A program made the position numbers and the translations under genes. From the NCBI RefSeq assembly GCF_006345805.1, contig NC_043010.1:63426001-63490000 (forward strand): a stretch of DNA of 64,000 bases, read 5' to 3'. Position 1 is the first letter of the stretch. Every line of letters begins with the position of its first letter. Source of the stretch: Octopus sinensis (Eukaryota). Of the stretch, positions 38,661 to 52,709 are shown piece after piece. Under the pieces are notes generated by a model. That model was not told the DNA's origin, searched no databases, and saw only the letters and a list, made by a program, of their open reading frames with translations.

Positions 38661-40262
38661 TTATTGCCGGAACGTATATGTTTGTGTGTGTGTGTGTGTG
38701 TATGTATGTGTGTGTTTATATATGTATATGTGTGTGTGTGTGTGTGTTTGTGTTTATATATGTATGTGTGTGTGTGTGTGTGTGTACACATATATAAATA
38801 TGTTAGTATATATGTATGTATATGTTTATGTATGTATGTGTGTGTCCGTGGCCTTATAATTATTATCGTAACCCAAGCGTATAATCACATGCACGCGACT
38901 GACGTTCCTCTTAGGGAAGACGCTGGAGTCGTAGTTGTTGCTAACATAAACACAAAACCCCCATTAAGGCACCCAATACGGGTTACTTTCTCACCACTGG
39001 ACCCTTAAAGGGGCAACAGGGGTATGAGCTATAACGCGTCCATTGTGCACACCGGAGTTACCTCCCTTCATCTATTTACTTTCACAAACAATCAGCAAGC
39101 CTCTGCATGGTTGTCGATCTTACTAGAAAGAGCAGTCGGATACCCTCAACTGACACCCTGTCAATTAAGAAAAAAAGGGGTTGTAGGATGCGTTAGAAAT
39201 GCATTCCCAATTGGGACGCAGGTATTGGTATTATGGTCAAGAAGTTCGATTCGATTCTCAACTCGGTTTCAATCCCACTGCACAGCCCTTTTGGCAAATC
39301 TACCATAACCTCACGTTCACCAAAGCCTTGTGAATAGAATTTAATAGAAGGAAACTGTGCGGAAGCCCGTTTGGCGGGGGGCTGTTCTTGTTCTTTAGCA
39401 GTAGACTTAAGTCATTCCCTGGTTTGATATCCCTTTTCACATGGTCCCTTATATATCTTTACCTCTGTAATATAACATTACACTGTGTTCACGTCTTGTG
39501 GACCCATTTATGGGTTAGGAAGTTCACTTCACAACCATAGGGTTCTGGGTTCGATCTTACCGTGTGGCATGTTAGGAAAGTACAAACAGTGGCTTTGAGA
39601 ATAGACGCAGGCGTGGCTGAATGGTAACCACATGGTTCCTAATTAAGTTTGACTTCCTGACATCTTTGGCAAGCGTCTTCTACTATAGCATTGGGTCAAC
39701 CAAAGCCCTGTGAGAGTGGATTTGATAGACAGAAACTGAAAGAAGCCTGGACCATTGGATAGCACCTAGAAAGTTGACCTCCGAGGCACAAGTCCTGGTA
39801 AGGTTGTTTGTGGAAGGCCAGCAGTCGCCCATACATACACACCACTGACATGTTATCCAAGGGAAAGGCAAAGGGGCCGATATGGCTTGGCACCAGTGAT
39901 GTCACAACTCATTTCTACAGCTGAGTGAACTGGAGCAATTTGAAATAAAGTGTCTTGCTCAAGAACACAACACAAAGCCTGGTCCAGGAATCAAACTCAC
40001 TACCTCACGCTCGTAAGCTTGACGCTTTAACCACTGAGCCATGCGCCTTCACACACACATATGTATGTATATGTGCGTGTGTGTGTGTATGTATATATAT
40101 ATATATATATACATACATATATATATATATAAGCACAAATAAAGGTTACAAACCTCATTCAGGGAGAGCAAAATCCTATGAAAGTACTTGTTAGTTGCCT
40201 ATACAAAGAATATTGACTATTACAGTTAATACTCAACAGCAAGGTAACTATACTCAACTGCA

Positions 40263-40304
<42 letters not shown>

Positions 40305-41919
40305 CTTCTTGACTTATAATCTATGCAACATACAACCATCTGCACTTATGGCCAAAAAAAATAAGGAAATAAAAAAGTGAATATATATAAATCGATTTTT
40401 GGACGTTGGCCAGCAATACATAGGATGACAATGGCAGCATCTGGCAATGCAGGCCTCCCTCAGACCCAGGCATCCACTGCCTGCCACTGTCTCTCACTCA
40501 GTCGCTTTCAAGCATCAGTTGTGTTTGAATGGAAAAATAGTATTGTAAAATATATATCTGACATACGACCAGATTGACTTACGACTGGTCAACTGGAAAG
40601 GAATTCGGTTGTAAGTCAAAGAGAAGGTGTATATGTATGTATGAGTATAAACACACACACACATATATATATATACACATACACACATTATATGTACATA
40701 GGTATAGGAGTGGCTGTGTGGTAAGTAGCTTGCTTACTAACCACATAGCTCCGGGTTCAGTCCTACTGCGTGGTACCTCGGACAAGTGTCTTCTACTATA
40801 GCCTTGGGCCGACCAAAACCTTGTGAGTGGATTTGGTAGACAGAAACTGAAAGTAGCCCATCGTATATATATATATCCAGCATGGCTGCAGTCAAATGAC
40901 TGAAACAAATAAAAGAATATGCATATTCTTTTATTTGTGGAGCACCGCCTTTATAGTCGAGCAGATTAACCCCAGGACGTATTCTTTGTAAGCCTAGTAC
41001 TTATTCCATGAGTCTCTTTTGCCGAACCGCTAAGTTACGGGGACGTAAATACACCACCATCGGTTGTCAAGCGATGTTGGGGGGACAAACACAGACACAC
41101 AAACATATACACACACATAAATACTTATATATATATGAGAGGTTCTCCCATGGCAACTTTCACAGTAATCTGTGTATCCACTTTTAAATAGGGATAAATA
41201 TTTGTTTCAAATTTTGGCACATGGCCAGCAATTTTGGGGGATGGAATAAGTTGATTACACAACCCCTGTACTTAATTGCTACTAATTTTATCAACTCCAA
41301 AAGGACAAAAGGCAAAGTAGACCTCGGCAGAATTTGAACTTGGAATGTAAAGATGGAAGAAATGTCGCTTGGGCTTTTTGCCTGGCATGCTAACGAGTCT
41401 CGGAACTTGATTAAGTAGGGATAAATATTACCTTTTGGTATTGATACTGCTTCTGTCACTAATAATTATTCCATAGCGAGGTCGTTGCCAGTGCCGCTGG
41501 ACTGGCTCCTGTGCAGGTGGCATGTAAAAAGCACCATATTGAGCGTAGCCGTTGCCAGTACCGCCTGACTGGCCCTCATGCCGGTGGCACGTAAAAAAGC
41601 ACCCACTACACTCTTGGAGTGGATGGCATTAGGAAGGGCATCCAGCTGTAGAAACTCTGCCAGATCAGAATGGAGTCTGGTGCAGCCATCTGGTTTGCCA
41701 GACCTCAGTCAGACCATCCAACCCATGCTAGCATGGAAAGCGAACGTTAAACGATGATGATGATGATGATGAATTCATATAATACCTTAATAGCAAACTT
41801 TAATTATTCATTTACTAGTCAATTATCAAATTAATCATAATTTCTGCAAATCTTGTAAATTACTGTAAGCAAAATTTTATATCTCTTTTGGCAGGATGAG
41901 AAACCACGTAAGTGAACCA

Positions 41920-42315
41920 TCCAATCATGGCTGTTGCCAGTGCCGCCCCGACTGGCCTCCGTGCCGGTGGCACGTAAAAAGCACCATCCGATCGTGACCG
42001 TTGCCAGCCTCGCCTGGCCCCCGTGCCGGTGGCACGTAAAATGCACCATCCGATCGTGACCGTTGCCAGCCTCGCATGGCCCCCGTGCCGGTGGCACGTA
42101 AAATGCACCATCCGACCGTGGCCATTTCCCAGCTCCGTCTGGCACGTAAAAGCACCCACTACACTCACGGAGTGGTTGGCGTTAGGAAGGGCATCCTGCC
42201 GTAGAAACACTGCCAGATCAGACTGGGCCTGGTGCAGCCTTCTGGCTTCCCAGACCCCAGTTGAACCGTCCAACCCATGCTAGCTTGGAAAGCAGACACT
42301 AAATGATGATGATGA
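41920..42315 (+). mobile_element. RTE-X-like 3'UTR fragment with ~60-bp internal tandem units
   Basis: Unit gttgccagcctcgcctggcccccgtgccggtggcacgtaaaa(a/t)gcaccatccgatcgtgacc occurs about three times, then the family body and a gatgatgat tail. Confidence 0.8.
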
Positions 42316-43489
42316 TTGTTACTATCCATTACTATTGCATCCGAAGGAACAACACCTCAATGGCCATGTTATTACTCTTTATTATTATTGAGTCCTAAAG
42401 TGACAAGAGATCATCTCAACATGCTGAGACCCCCTTCAGTCACGACACAGACCTTGGGATTGCACTTAGAAAGTTACCCCCCCAGGCACAAGTCCGGGCA
42501 AGGTTGTTTATGGAAGACCAGCAGTCGCCCATGCATACCAGCCTCCCCTCTCCACACCACTGATGTTATCCAAGGGAAAGGCAAAGGCCGATACAGCTTG
42601 GCACCAGTGATGTCACAACTCCTCTCTACAGCTGAGTGAACTGGAGCAACGTGAAATAAAGTGTCTTGCTCAAGAACACAACACACAGCCTGGTCTGGGA
42701 TTTGAGCTCACAACCTCATGATCGTAAGCTCGATGCTCTAACCACTGAGCCATGCGCCTTCAGCATGCTGTATATACAATTAATTGATTTAATTGCCTAA
42801 CATCATCAATTAAAGTAGGTATCATAATTTGAAAGGCACTTTAGCCTTTGTAGTCTTATGCTCCATACAGATCCCTGTCATAAAATTGAAAATGAAAGAC
42901 AAATTTGACCTTGGCAGCATTTGAACTCTGAACATAAAGCTAAAGGAAATACTGCTGGGCATTTTTTTCAGTATGGTAAGAATTCTACCAGCTCAGTGCC
43001 TTATTTAGAACAAACCCCCCCCCCCAAAAAAAAGGGGGGGGGGAGCATTGCATTAAAATTTAAAGAAACCAAATTTGAAAATTAAACAAAAATTGTAATT
43101 TAAATTTTCAGCTAAACAATATTGAACATCCAAGCAGACTGAGAAATAGAAGATCTCAAAGTTCAGATTAGTTAACATGGATTAAGAATACCACTTTTTC
43201 CATGCAAAAAACTCATTGGATCTAAAATCTTTGTCTATGCAATCACCAGAGATGCCTGGTTGAGTAGAAGGGCACTCACTGCAGAGAGCATGGAAGCTGC
43301 AGAGGCAAAGCTGACCGTTGGTGCAATAACCTCATGCATGGGCATTGCTGTCACAAGTGGACAGCCAACATCTTCCTCCTCACATATACATAAATATGTA
43401 AATGTGTTGATTCACCAGAAGTGACAAATGACAGGACTCAACACGTGTAGAGTTTCCTTCAATACATTAATACTGAAATGCTCCTGTAT

Positions 43490-43939
43490 TTATTTTGAGA
43501 TGCTGTGTGTTTCTTTCAATTACTTTAAATATAACAAAGAATTTAGTAAAATAACTTAGTTATCATTCAACCAGTGTTAGGAACACAAATTGTGACTAAC
43601 GTTTGGTGGAAGATTTTCATTCAAAACTTATGAAAACAAAACACTTGTACTACAGAGCCAGAACCGGTTTCAGCCAGGTTGGTATCAAAAGGGTTAAGAA
43701 TTGTTTCTCTACTATATATTTTAACCCTTTTGTTACCATATTTCTGTTGAGATGCTCTGTGTTTCTTTCAATTAATTTTAAATATGACAAAGAATTTAGT
43801 AAAATAACTTTGTAATCATTCAGCTAGTGTTAGGAACATAAATTGTGACTAAGGTTTGGTGGAAGATTGTAATTCAAAACTTATGAAAACAAGACATTTG
43901 AACTACAGAGCCAGAGCCGGTTGGTATTGAAAGGGTTAA
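43490..43939 (+). mobile_element. Two adjacent copies of the piggyBac-type element
   Basis: Both end in gaaagggttaa/caaaagggttaa; the second begins ttaacccttt at 43721. Confidence 0.75.
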
Positions 43940-44006
43940 GTAATAATTTAAAAAGAACATCAAATTGTCCTTCAGCAACTGGATGTATTTGGTACTATTC
44001 AAGTGA

Positions 44007-44267
44007 CTGTCAACTTTAACCAACTTTCTTGAACCACCACTTTTTATGTATCCCTTAAATATCGGACTCTTACCCCCAAACTTCAGTTTTCATTGTGTAA
44101 TATGGGTCGTTTCAATTTCCTGGAGGCATTCTGACAAATTCTCGCTTATTAGAAAGCGAAATGACCCATGTCACACAGTGAAAACAGTGAAGTTTGGGGG
44201 GTAAGAGTCTGATGCTTTAGGGGTACATAAAAAGTGGTCGTTCAAGAAAGTTGGTTAAAATTGACGG
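44007..44267. mobile_element. MITE-like inverted-repeat element (~260 bp)
   Basis: ctgtcaactttaaccaactttcttgaa...atgggtcgtttc is mirrored by gaaatgacccat...ttcaagaaagttggttaaaattgacgg; imperfect arms of ~100 bp. Confidence 0.7.
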
Positions 44268-44269
44268 AC

Positions 44270-44915
44270 AATTTGATAGGAGACATGGGTGAAGGTGAAA
44301 TTTTTCAACATGATGGAGTTCCATGCCACAAATCACATGCAAAGTCTGGTTGATGATGGTGTTACTGTATTGAAAGATTGGCCAGCTCATGATATTTAAG
44401 CTCTCTGGCTTAAATATCATCAAGCAAATGTGGACAGAACTAAGGAGAAAAGTTCATCAGAAGAATTCATGCAATCTTGAAGAGTTGTAGGTGTTCAGCC
44501 ACAAAGAATCACACCTTATACCTGTGAAGGTTGTCTATGTATCTCTTCCCAGGTGCACTGAAGCAATTATTCAAGCTAAGGGAAGCCACATGAAATATTA
44601 ACAATGTACAGTAACTTCTTGGAATGAACATTAAGTAATTTTCACTAGAGACATTTTTCTGTTTTAAAACACTATCTTGATTGAGTTATGTGAGGGGGCC
44701 AAAAACTTTTGCATGGCCATTTTTGGTGGTTGTCTTGCATCTTCCCCTCTTGTTCAGAATCCCTGCTACAAAATATAACAATTAGTATGGAAACGACTCC
44801 AACAAGGCCAATGTTTCGTCTGTAAAAAACACAATGTGAAACATCCACTTACAAGTTGGCACTTAGAAGAAATTTACAATAGTTTAAAGTGGCTGAAAAC
44901 TTTTGCATGGCACAG
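44270..44915 (+). mobile_element. 3' half of a defective Tc1-like transposon
   Basis: IFQHDGVPCHKS, LNIIKQMWTELRRKV and SLPRCTEAIIQAKGSHMKY*, ending in aaaacttttgcatggcacag-TA. Confidence 0.75.
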
Positions 44916-44930
44916 TATATATATTTAAAT

Positions 44931-45207
44931 ATATAATTATAATTAAGGGCAGTGGAGGGACAACACTAATACGGTAGAAGTAGATATCAAATGTCTACAA
45001 ACCACTCTAAATTTGTTCTCCTTTTTTGCACAAGGTTGAATGTGAGGAAATAGACAAGATTTATGAAATTTTACAGATTTTCTTGTTCATTTCTTTGCAT
45101 TCAACCTTGTGCAAAAGGAGAACAAATTTAGAGTGGCTTGTAGGCATTTGACATCTACTTCTAGCATATTAGCATTTTCCCTCTAGCACCCTTAATTGTA
45201 ATTATAT
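44931..45207. mobile_element. MITE-like inverted-repeat element (~275 bp, TA-flanked)
   Basis: Arms of ~125 bp (ccactctaaatttgttctccttttt(t)gcacaaggttgaatg vs cattcaaccttgtgcaaaaggagaacaaatttagagtgg) around a ~20-nt spacer. Confidence 0.75.
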
Positions 45208-45266
45208 ACTTAGATATTATTTAACCAATTATATCCTCAATTCATACGCATATATATATACATATA

Positions 45267-46486
45267 TTGGGTCATCCCATAAATAATGCAGTTTTTCAAA
45301 TGCATGAACTAAAAGTTGGAGAGGGATGGGATAAACTACCTGCAGCAACTTGCGATAAAAGTAGGTAGTAATTTTACCTTGTTCTTATTCTTAGTGCAAA
45401 TTTTGAAGAGTGCAGTTCGATTTTAAGTTATTTTTTCAAAGCTATAATGAAAGTGGCAAAGGAGCATATTCGGCATATTTTGCTTTATGAGTTCAATAAA
45501 GGCAACAATGCAACGGAATATTAATGCAGTATATGGGGATCAGACAATAAGTGTAAGCCAGTGTCAATGGTGGTTCCAGAAATTACAGCCTAGAAGATGA
45601 GCCTCGTCCTTGAAGATCTGTAGAGCTTGACGAGGACATCCTGCAAACCTAAGTGGAACAAAATCCCATTGTAATGGTTGAGGAACTAGCAGAGAAGCTT
45701 AGATTTGGTCATTCAACCATTCATCAACACCTGTGTGCCATCGGAAAAGTCAGCAAATTGGGTCAATGGGTTCCTCACAAACTTTCCGAGTTTAATCCTG
45801 CACAGAGAGTGAATGTGTGCCCTTCCCTGCTGTCATGTCTCACAAATGAACCCTTTTTAGATCGAATAGTAACTGGTGGCAAGAAATGGGTTCTCTATAA
45901 AAATGTCAAGTGCTGAAGACTGTGGGCAGGGAAAGGAGAAACACCAGCACCCCAGGCTAAAGAAGGTTTTCACCCACATAAAGTGTTATCTGTTTGGTGG
46001 GGTATGAAAGATTTAGTCCACTTTGTACTTTTAAACCCAAACCAAATGATAACAAAGGAGATCAACTTGAGTAGCTTAAGTCAGCACCAGAAGAAAAACA
46101 ACGGTGTTTGGTTTCAAGACGAAAGGTGTTCTTCCATTACATACAGTAAGGATGGCATTCCAAAAACTGGAGCAGTTTCAATGGGAAATGATGCCCCACC
46201 AACCATATTTCCTGGACATTGCTCCATCTGATTACCATTTAATATGCCTTCTTCAAAATTATTTGGGCAGAAAAAAATATGAATGTTGTAGACAAGATCA
46301 GAACAGTACTGGAGAAATATTTTTTATCACAGGTAAGTGAATTTTGGAAGAGGGACCTTGTAAGTCTATCAGATGGATAAAAGAGCATTGTAGAAAATGG
46401 AGGAGAGTATATTTTAGATTTAAAAAGAATTTATCTTAATTTTGAAAAATAAAGTATATAAAAACATTATTTATGGGATGACCCAA
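45267..46486 (+). mobile_element. Near full-length defective mariner (DD34D-type) transposon
   Basis: TA-flanked TIRs TTGGGTCATCCCATAAATAATG / CATTATTTATGGGATGACCCAA. ATG at 45447 (MKVAKEHIRHILLYEF); motifs WVPHKL, DRIVTGGKKW and PYFLDIAPSDYHL; multiple stops and frameshifts. Confidence 0.92.
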
Positions 46487-47152
46487 TATATATATATATA
46501 TACATACACACACATATATATATATGTATACATACATACACACGCACACATATATATATATATATGTATACATACATACACACACATATATATATATATG
46601 TATACATACATACATACACACACACAATCTTAATGGTTCTTCTTTTTGCAAGTCTATAGAATTGCATTCAACTGGATTCCTGGTGTATTTTATTGTCCAC
46701 TGAAAAATAAAATACACTGAATTTGATGAGATGGTTATGGTAATGATGATAGTGATGGTGGTGTTGGGGTGATAATGATAGTAGTGGTGGCAGGAGGGAT
46801 GGTAATGATGGTAGGAGAGTTGATAGAGATGGTTATGGTGGTAGTGGCGTTAAGAGCTGTAATGTGGTGGCGGTGGTGAGGTTAGTGATATAGTTTTCTC
46901 TGAAAATGTAATCTTTATAAAAGTCCTTTAATCTGTCCATCTGTTAACAAACCGCTTTGTTCTCTCTTTTCTGCTTATTAACTAGCATTTAATGTAATGA
47001 GAACAATGGTTAGGTAGATAGATAGATAGACAGCTAAATATAGACAGATAGGTAGATAGATAGACAAGAAGATAGAACAGCAGATAGATGGATGGAGTCC
47101 TTTAATTTTATCACTTCAGGTGAATTAACAGATTTATATATGTGTGTATGTA

Positions 47153-47190
<38 letters not shown>

Positions 47191-47479
47191 AGATGGATAT
47201 AAGAATAGACAGATAGATAGAGAAGGAGAAAGAGAGATAAACAGATAGATAGAGAGGGAGAAAGAGAGATAAACAGATAGATAGAGAGGGAGAAAGAGAG
47301 ATAAACAGTTAAAGGGATAGATAGACAGATGGAAAGAGAGACTGAGAAAAATGAAAGGGAATGGCAAAGGTGGAAGAAGTCCCGTAAATACTGAAGTAAC
47401 TAAACTTAGAAAAATAGGAAAAGAGAATAAAAACGTTTTTAATTAAAATGCAAATTAGGAAAAGAAAAAAAAATGATAA

Positions 47480-49185
47480 TGCTGCTGCTGATGTTAATGG
47501 TTTATGACATAAATCGAAGCCCCAGAAATTGGAAAGGAAAGATTGGAATTGGCCTCAGTGCTTTATCTTATCAAATCTCATGAGGTCAAACGGTGAGGTT
47601 ACTTCTGGCAGGATTTGAACACAGCATGTAGAGAACTGTGCCTAATTACCACTGCAAGATATTTGGCCTGGTAGCTCTACGGCTTCTCTCATTTCATTAA
47701 CTTATAAAATAATAATGATCCTTTCTGCTATAGGCTCAGGGCTTGAAATTTTGAGGAAAGGGGACAGTTGATTACATCAACCCCGGAGCTCAACTGGTAA
47801 TTATTTTATTGATTCACGAGTTAACCTCAGTGAAATTTGAACCCAGAATGTAATGAATCATAATACCACCAGGATTCTGTCCAATTCTCAAATGTTTTCT
47901 GGCAGTTTGCCACCTTAGAATAACAACTGTTTTAAATTTTGGCGCAAGACCAACAGTTTCAAGGTAAGGGGGTTAATTGATTACATTGACCCCAGTGCTT
48001 GAGTGGTACTTAATTTTTATCAAGCCTGAAAGGATGACCCTCAGTGCGATTTGAACTCAGATGTAAAAATCAGGAAGAAACACCAAAAAGCATTTTTCTG
48101 ATACTCCAAACATTCTACCAGCTTTCCATCTTAATAATAATGATCCTTTCTGCTATAGGCACAAGACCTGAAATTCAGGCAAGGAGGCCAATCAATTACA
48201 TTGACCTCTGTGCTTGACCGGTGTTTATTTAATCAATCCTGGAAGAATGAAAAAGAAAAATTGACCTTGGTGGAATTTGAACTCAGAATGTCAAGATTGA
48301 ATGTTGCAAAGCATTTTGTTCAACATGGTTAACAATTCTTCCTGCTCAGTACTCCTTAACTCTTTTGATACCAACCCGGCTGAAACTGGCTCTGGCTCTG
48401 TAGTACAAATGTTTTGTTTCCAAAAGTTCTGAATTAAAATCTTCTACCAAACCTTAGTCACAATTTATGTTCCTAACACTAGCTTAACGGTAACTAAGTT
48501 ATTTTACTAAATTCTTTGTTATATTTAAAGTAATTGAAAGAAACACAGAGCATCTCAAAATAAATACAGTAACGAAAGGGTTAATAATAATTATAATGGT
48601 TTCAAATTTCTGGCACAAGGCCAGCAATTTCAGGGGAGGGGGTAAGTCGCTTACGTCAACCCCAGTGCGTAACTGGTCCTTATTGTATCAACTTAGAAAG
48701 GATGAAAGGCAAAATCAACTTTATCAGAATTTGAACTCAGAACATAAAGGACAAAAATTCCATTAAGCATTTTCTCCAGCATGCTAATGATTCTGCCAGC
48801 TCATCCCCTTTTTAGTAATAATAATAATCCTTTCTATAATAGGTACAAGGCCTGAAATTTTGGCGGAGGGGACTAGCTGATTACATCAACCCAGTGTTTC
48901 ACTGGTACTTAGTTTATTGACCCTGAAAGGATAAAAGGCAAAGTCGACCTTGGCAGAATTTGAACTCTGAACGTAGCGACAGGCGAAATACTGCTAAGCA
49001 TTTTGGCTGGCGTGCTAATGATTCGGTTAGCTCACCACCTTCATTAATAAAGACTCTATGTACAAGGCCTGAAATTTGGGGGGAAAAAGGGGTCAGTCAA
49101 CTACACCGATCTCAGGATTTAATTGGTATTTTCTCAACTCTAAAGGGCAAAGTTCACCATGGCAGAATTTGAACTCAGAACATAT
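47480..49185 (-). repeat. Head-to-tail array of about 7 SINE group B copies
   Basis: The unit aataat...(ggc)acaaggcc...gacccc...ggcaaa...agaatttgaactcagaa recurs every ~210-230 bp, all in the same orientation. Confidence 0.75.
48356..48584 (-). mobile_element. piggyBac-type element inserted in the SINE-B array
   Basis: TTAACTCTTTTGATACCAACCCGG...CGAAAGGGTTAA; reverse copy of 9343-9571. Confidence 0.75.
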
Positions 49186-49359
49186 ACAAGGCGTAGGAGC
49201 AGCTGTGTGGTTAAGGAGCTTGCTTACCAACCACAACCACATGGTTCCTGGTTCAGTCCCACTGTGTGGCACCTTGGGCAAGTGTCTTCTAATATAACCT
49301 TGGGCCGACCAAAGCCTTATGAGTGGATTTGGTAGACAGAAACTGAAAGAAGCCCATCG

Positions 49360-49390
<31 letters not shown>

Positions 49391-51224
49391 GTGTGTGTGT
49401 GTTTGTCCTCCCAATGTCACTTGACAACCGATGCTAGTGTGTTTATGTTCTCGTAACTTAGCGGTTCGGCAAAAGTGACCGACAGAATAAGTACTAGGCT
49501 TACAAAGAATAAGTCCTGGGGTCGATTTGCTTGACTAAAGGTGGTGCTCCAGCATGGCTGCACTCAAATGACTAAAGCAAGTAAAAGAAAGAATAAGGCA
49601 TTTTTCCAACATTCTAATGATTCTGCTAATTCACCTAATAATAATAATAATAATAATTCTTTGTACTGTAGGGACAGGTGTGGCTGTGTGGTAAGAAGTT
49701 TTCTTTCTAACAATATGGTTCTGGGTTCAGTCCCACTGTGTGGCACCTTAGGCAGTTGTCTGCTATTATAGCCTCAGGCCAACCAAAGCTTTGTGAGTGG
49801 ATTTGGTGGATGGAAACTGAAAGAAGCCCAACATATATATATATATATATATGAGTATGTCTTTGTTTCTCACCACTGCTTGACAACTGGTGCTGGTGTG
49901 TTGACATCCCTGTAATTTAGCAGTTCAGCAACAGAGATTGATAGAATAAGTACCAGGCTTAAAAAAAAGGGTCGATTCATTCAACTAAAAATTCTTCAAG
50001 GCAGTGCCCAAGCATGGCCGTGCCCTCATGACTGAAACAAGTAGAAGATAAAAGATATAGATACAAGGCCGGAAATTTTGGGCAAGAAGCTGTTTGATTT
50101 CATCAACCTCCACTGCTTGACCGGTCCTCATTTTATTGACCCCCAAAAGGACGAAAGGCAAATAATAATAATAAAAATAATCAACAATGATTGAGCATGG
50201 AGATGATGAGTGAAATGTGTGGTCAGATGCTAGCAAGAATGATGGTGATGATGATGAGGATGATGGAACGATGTGATTAAAGAAGTAGTTTTTTTGAAGA
50301 GGAAGAGGGGATGGCACATGAATAATAATAAAAAAATACAAAAACAAACAATATATTTTGGCTTGTGTATTGCTTCTAGTTTGGCAGAGAGTCAAAGGTT
50401 AATAACAAAAATTCGGGGGGAGCGGGGGTCGAGCAGTTACATGGGAATGGAGGAGAGGACCAGAGGATTTGGTACAGAAAAAGTCTGCTTTTGCTGTAGA
50501 CATGGATCATTTCCTTTCAAAAAAAAAAAAGTTGTTTCCAAGGTTGGTTCAATTCCCAGATGAGTAGATACTAAGAGAATATGGTGCGATCCCCAGATAT
50601 ACACACATATATACATACATACATATATATATATATACATATATATATATACATATCAGAGATCAGTTTTTACTGAGTTTAGTTCAATTCCCAAATGAGT
50701 TAATGTGTGGTGCAGGTGGGAAGATGTGTGTATGTATGTATACATATGTAAGAAGTTGCTTTCCAACCACATGGTTCCAGGTTCAGTCCTACTGTGTGGC
50801 ACCTTGGGCAAGTGTCTTCTGCTATAGCCTTGGGCTGATCAAAGTCTTGTGGGTGAATCTGGTAGATGGAAACTGAAAGAAGCCTGTTATGTATATATAT
50901 ATATGTGTATATATTTACATGTGTGTGTGTGTCTTTGTCTCCCCCACCATTGCTTGATAACCGATGCTGGTGTGTTTATGTCCCTGTAACTTAGCAGTTT
51001 GGCAAAAGAGACCAACAGTACTTGGCTTACAAAGAATAAGTTCTGGGGTTGATTTCTTCGATGGAGCATGGCCACACTCAGATGACAGAAACAAGTGAAA
51101 GATGTATGTAAATATACGAACAGACCACGAACCAGGAATTTGAGATGTTTCTTAAATTCCTGAGTGAGAAGAAGAAGAATTGGTACATGCAGGGAACAAA
51201 ATTCCCAAGGACAGCTGAGAAAAG

Positions 51225-51532
51225 GACCAGTTGTTTGTTCCTTCTCGAAGCCATGGCTGGCTCATAAGGGCCGGTTTCCCGTTTCCTTGGCGTATAGGTG
51301 CCCCACCTGGACGGGACGCCGGTCTGTCACAGGTGAGCTGCAAAATGCAGGAGGAAAGAGTGAAAGAAAGTTGTGGCGAAAGAGTCAGCAGAAGTTCGCC
51401 ATTACCATCAGCCGGAGCCGCGTGGAACTTAGGTGTTTCGCTTGTAAACACACACATCGCCCGATCTGAGATTCGAACCCGCGATCCCTCAACCGCGAGT
51501 CCGCTACTCTAACCACTAGACCATGTGCCTCC
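51225..51532 (-). mobile_element. CpG-rich, little-decayed SINE of group C type
   Basis: Minus strand GGAGGCACATGGTCTAGTGGTTAG...GGGTTCGAATCTC has good A and B boxes; body ends ggaaaccggcccttatgagcc as at 30110-30130. Confidence 0.7.
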
Positions 51533-52709
51533 AAGAAAAGGACCAGACTTGCTTACATCCATTGGTGCTGTCTTTTTGTTTTTCCTCCCCAAATTCCCTT
51601 ATCCATCTGCATCGTTATTTTCTGCTAATACACCCACCTACACTCATACACACACACATATACATCAGGGGTCAGTAGCCAAGACTGGTTCAATCCTCAG
51701 GTTAAGCAAGCAGACAAAGCGAGAATAGTGTATATGTGTGTGTATGTGTATGGAAAAAGAAAGGATATATGAAGGAATTATATACATAGCAAGCCCTAGT
51801 TAAAGGGTTATAACCAACAAAGTATTAGGGTCCAGTTTATATTATATTTACACATTTTCAGTCCTATACTGTATTGATTGTTTTTATTATTATTTGATTT
51901 CAAATTTAAGCACAAGGTCAACAATTTTCAAGACAGTCAGTAACACTGACCTCAGTACTCGACTAGTACTTTATTATTATTATTATTATTATTGTTATTA
52001 TCTTTTTTTTTTTACACAACACTGCATTTTTATTTAGGTTTTGAAAATTTTTTTCATTAAATACAAAATATTACATTTGTTTGTTGTTGTTTTTTTAAAA
52101 AATTTATTATTATTATTATTATTATTTTTTTTTTTTCTCGTTTCAATATGTAATAATAGCTTGAGTGTATTGTTTGCAAGCATTATGTTAAGACTGCATG
52201 AGTATTATGTATGTGTATGTAAATATTATGTGTGTGTATGTGCGTGAAAATGAAGTTTATCTTTTGAATGTGGAAATGTGTTACAACCTTTATTTGTTGT
52301 TGTTGTTACATATGAGTGTTTGTAAACAAATTGTGATGTGCTGAGGTGTGTTAATGTCCAGGCCCTGTACACACCTCAAAGTCAATTTTTTTTTTTATAA
52401 CAAATACATTTTCCTCTCTTGCATTAACTTTTGAGGTGTAACCAAAAATGTCATTTGAAAAAAAAATATAAACCACCCAGTGGTGGATGAGTTACTGACC
52501 CTGACTAGGTCTTTGGTTTTGGTTTTTCACCACAAGATGTCTCTAGTAGTTACATTTTTGTCAGGTGAGAGAACAGAGTCATGTTTTGAATAATGCAATG
52601 AGACAGAGGAAAGAATATTAATGTTTATTAAGAGACAAAGATCAACTATTATTATTAATGTTATTTTAATTATAATTATTATCATTATCGTAATTTACCC
52701 CACCGATTT

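Noticed and set aside
41920-42125. Regular repeats that might suggest a CRISPR array
   Set aside because: Tandem units have no unique spacers, no cas genes are present, and the context is eukaryotic.
51450-51532. tRNA-like sequence with A and B boxes
   Set aside because: No acceptor-stem closure, and it continues into a SINE body seen elsewhere. All tRNA-like heads in the window are SINEs.
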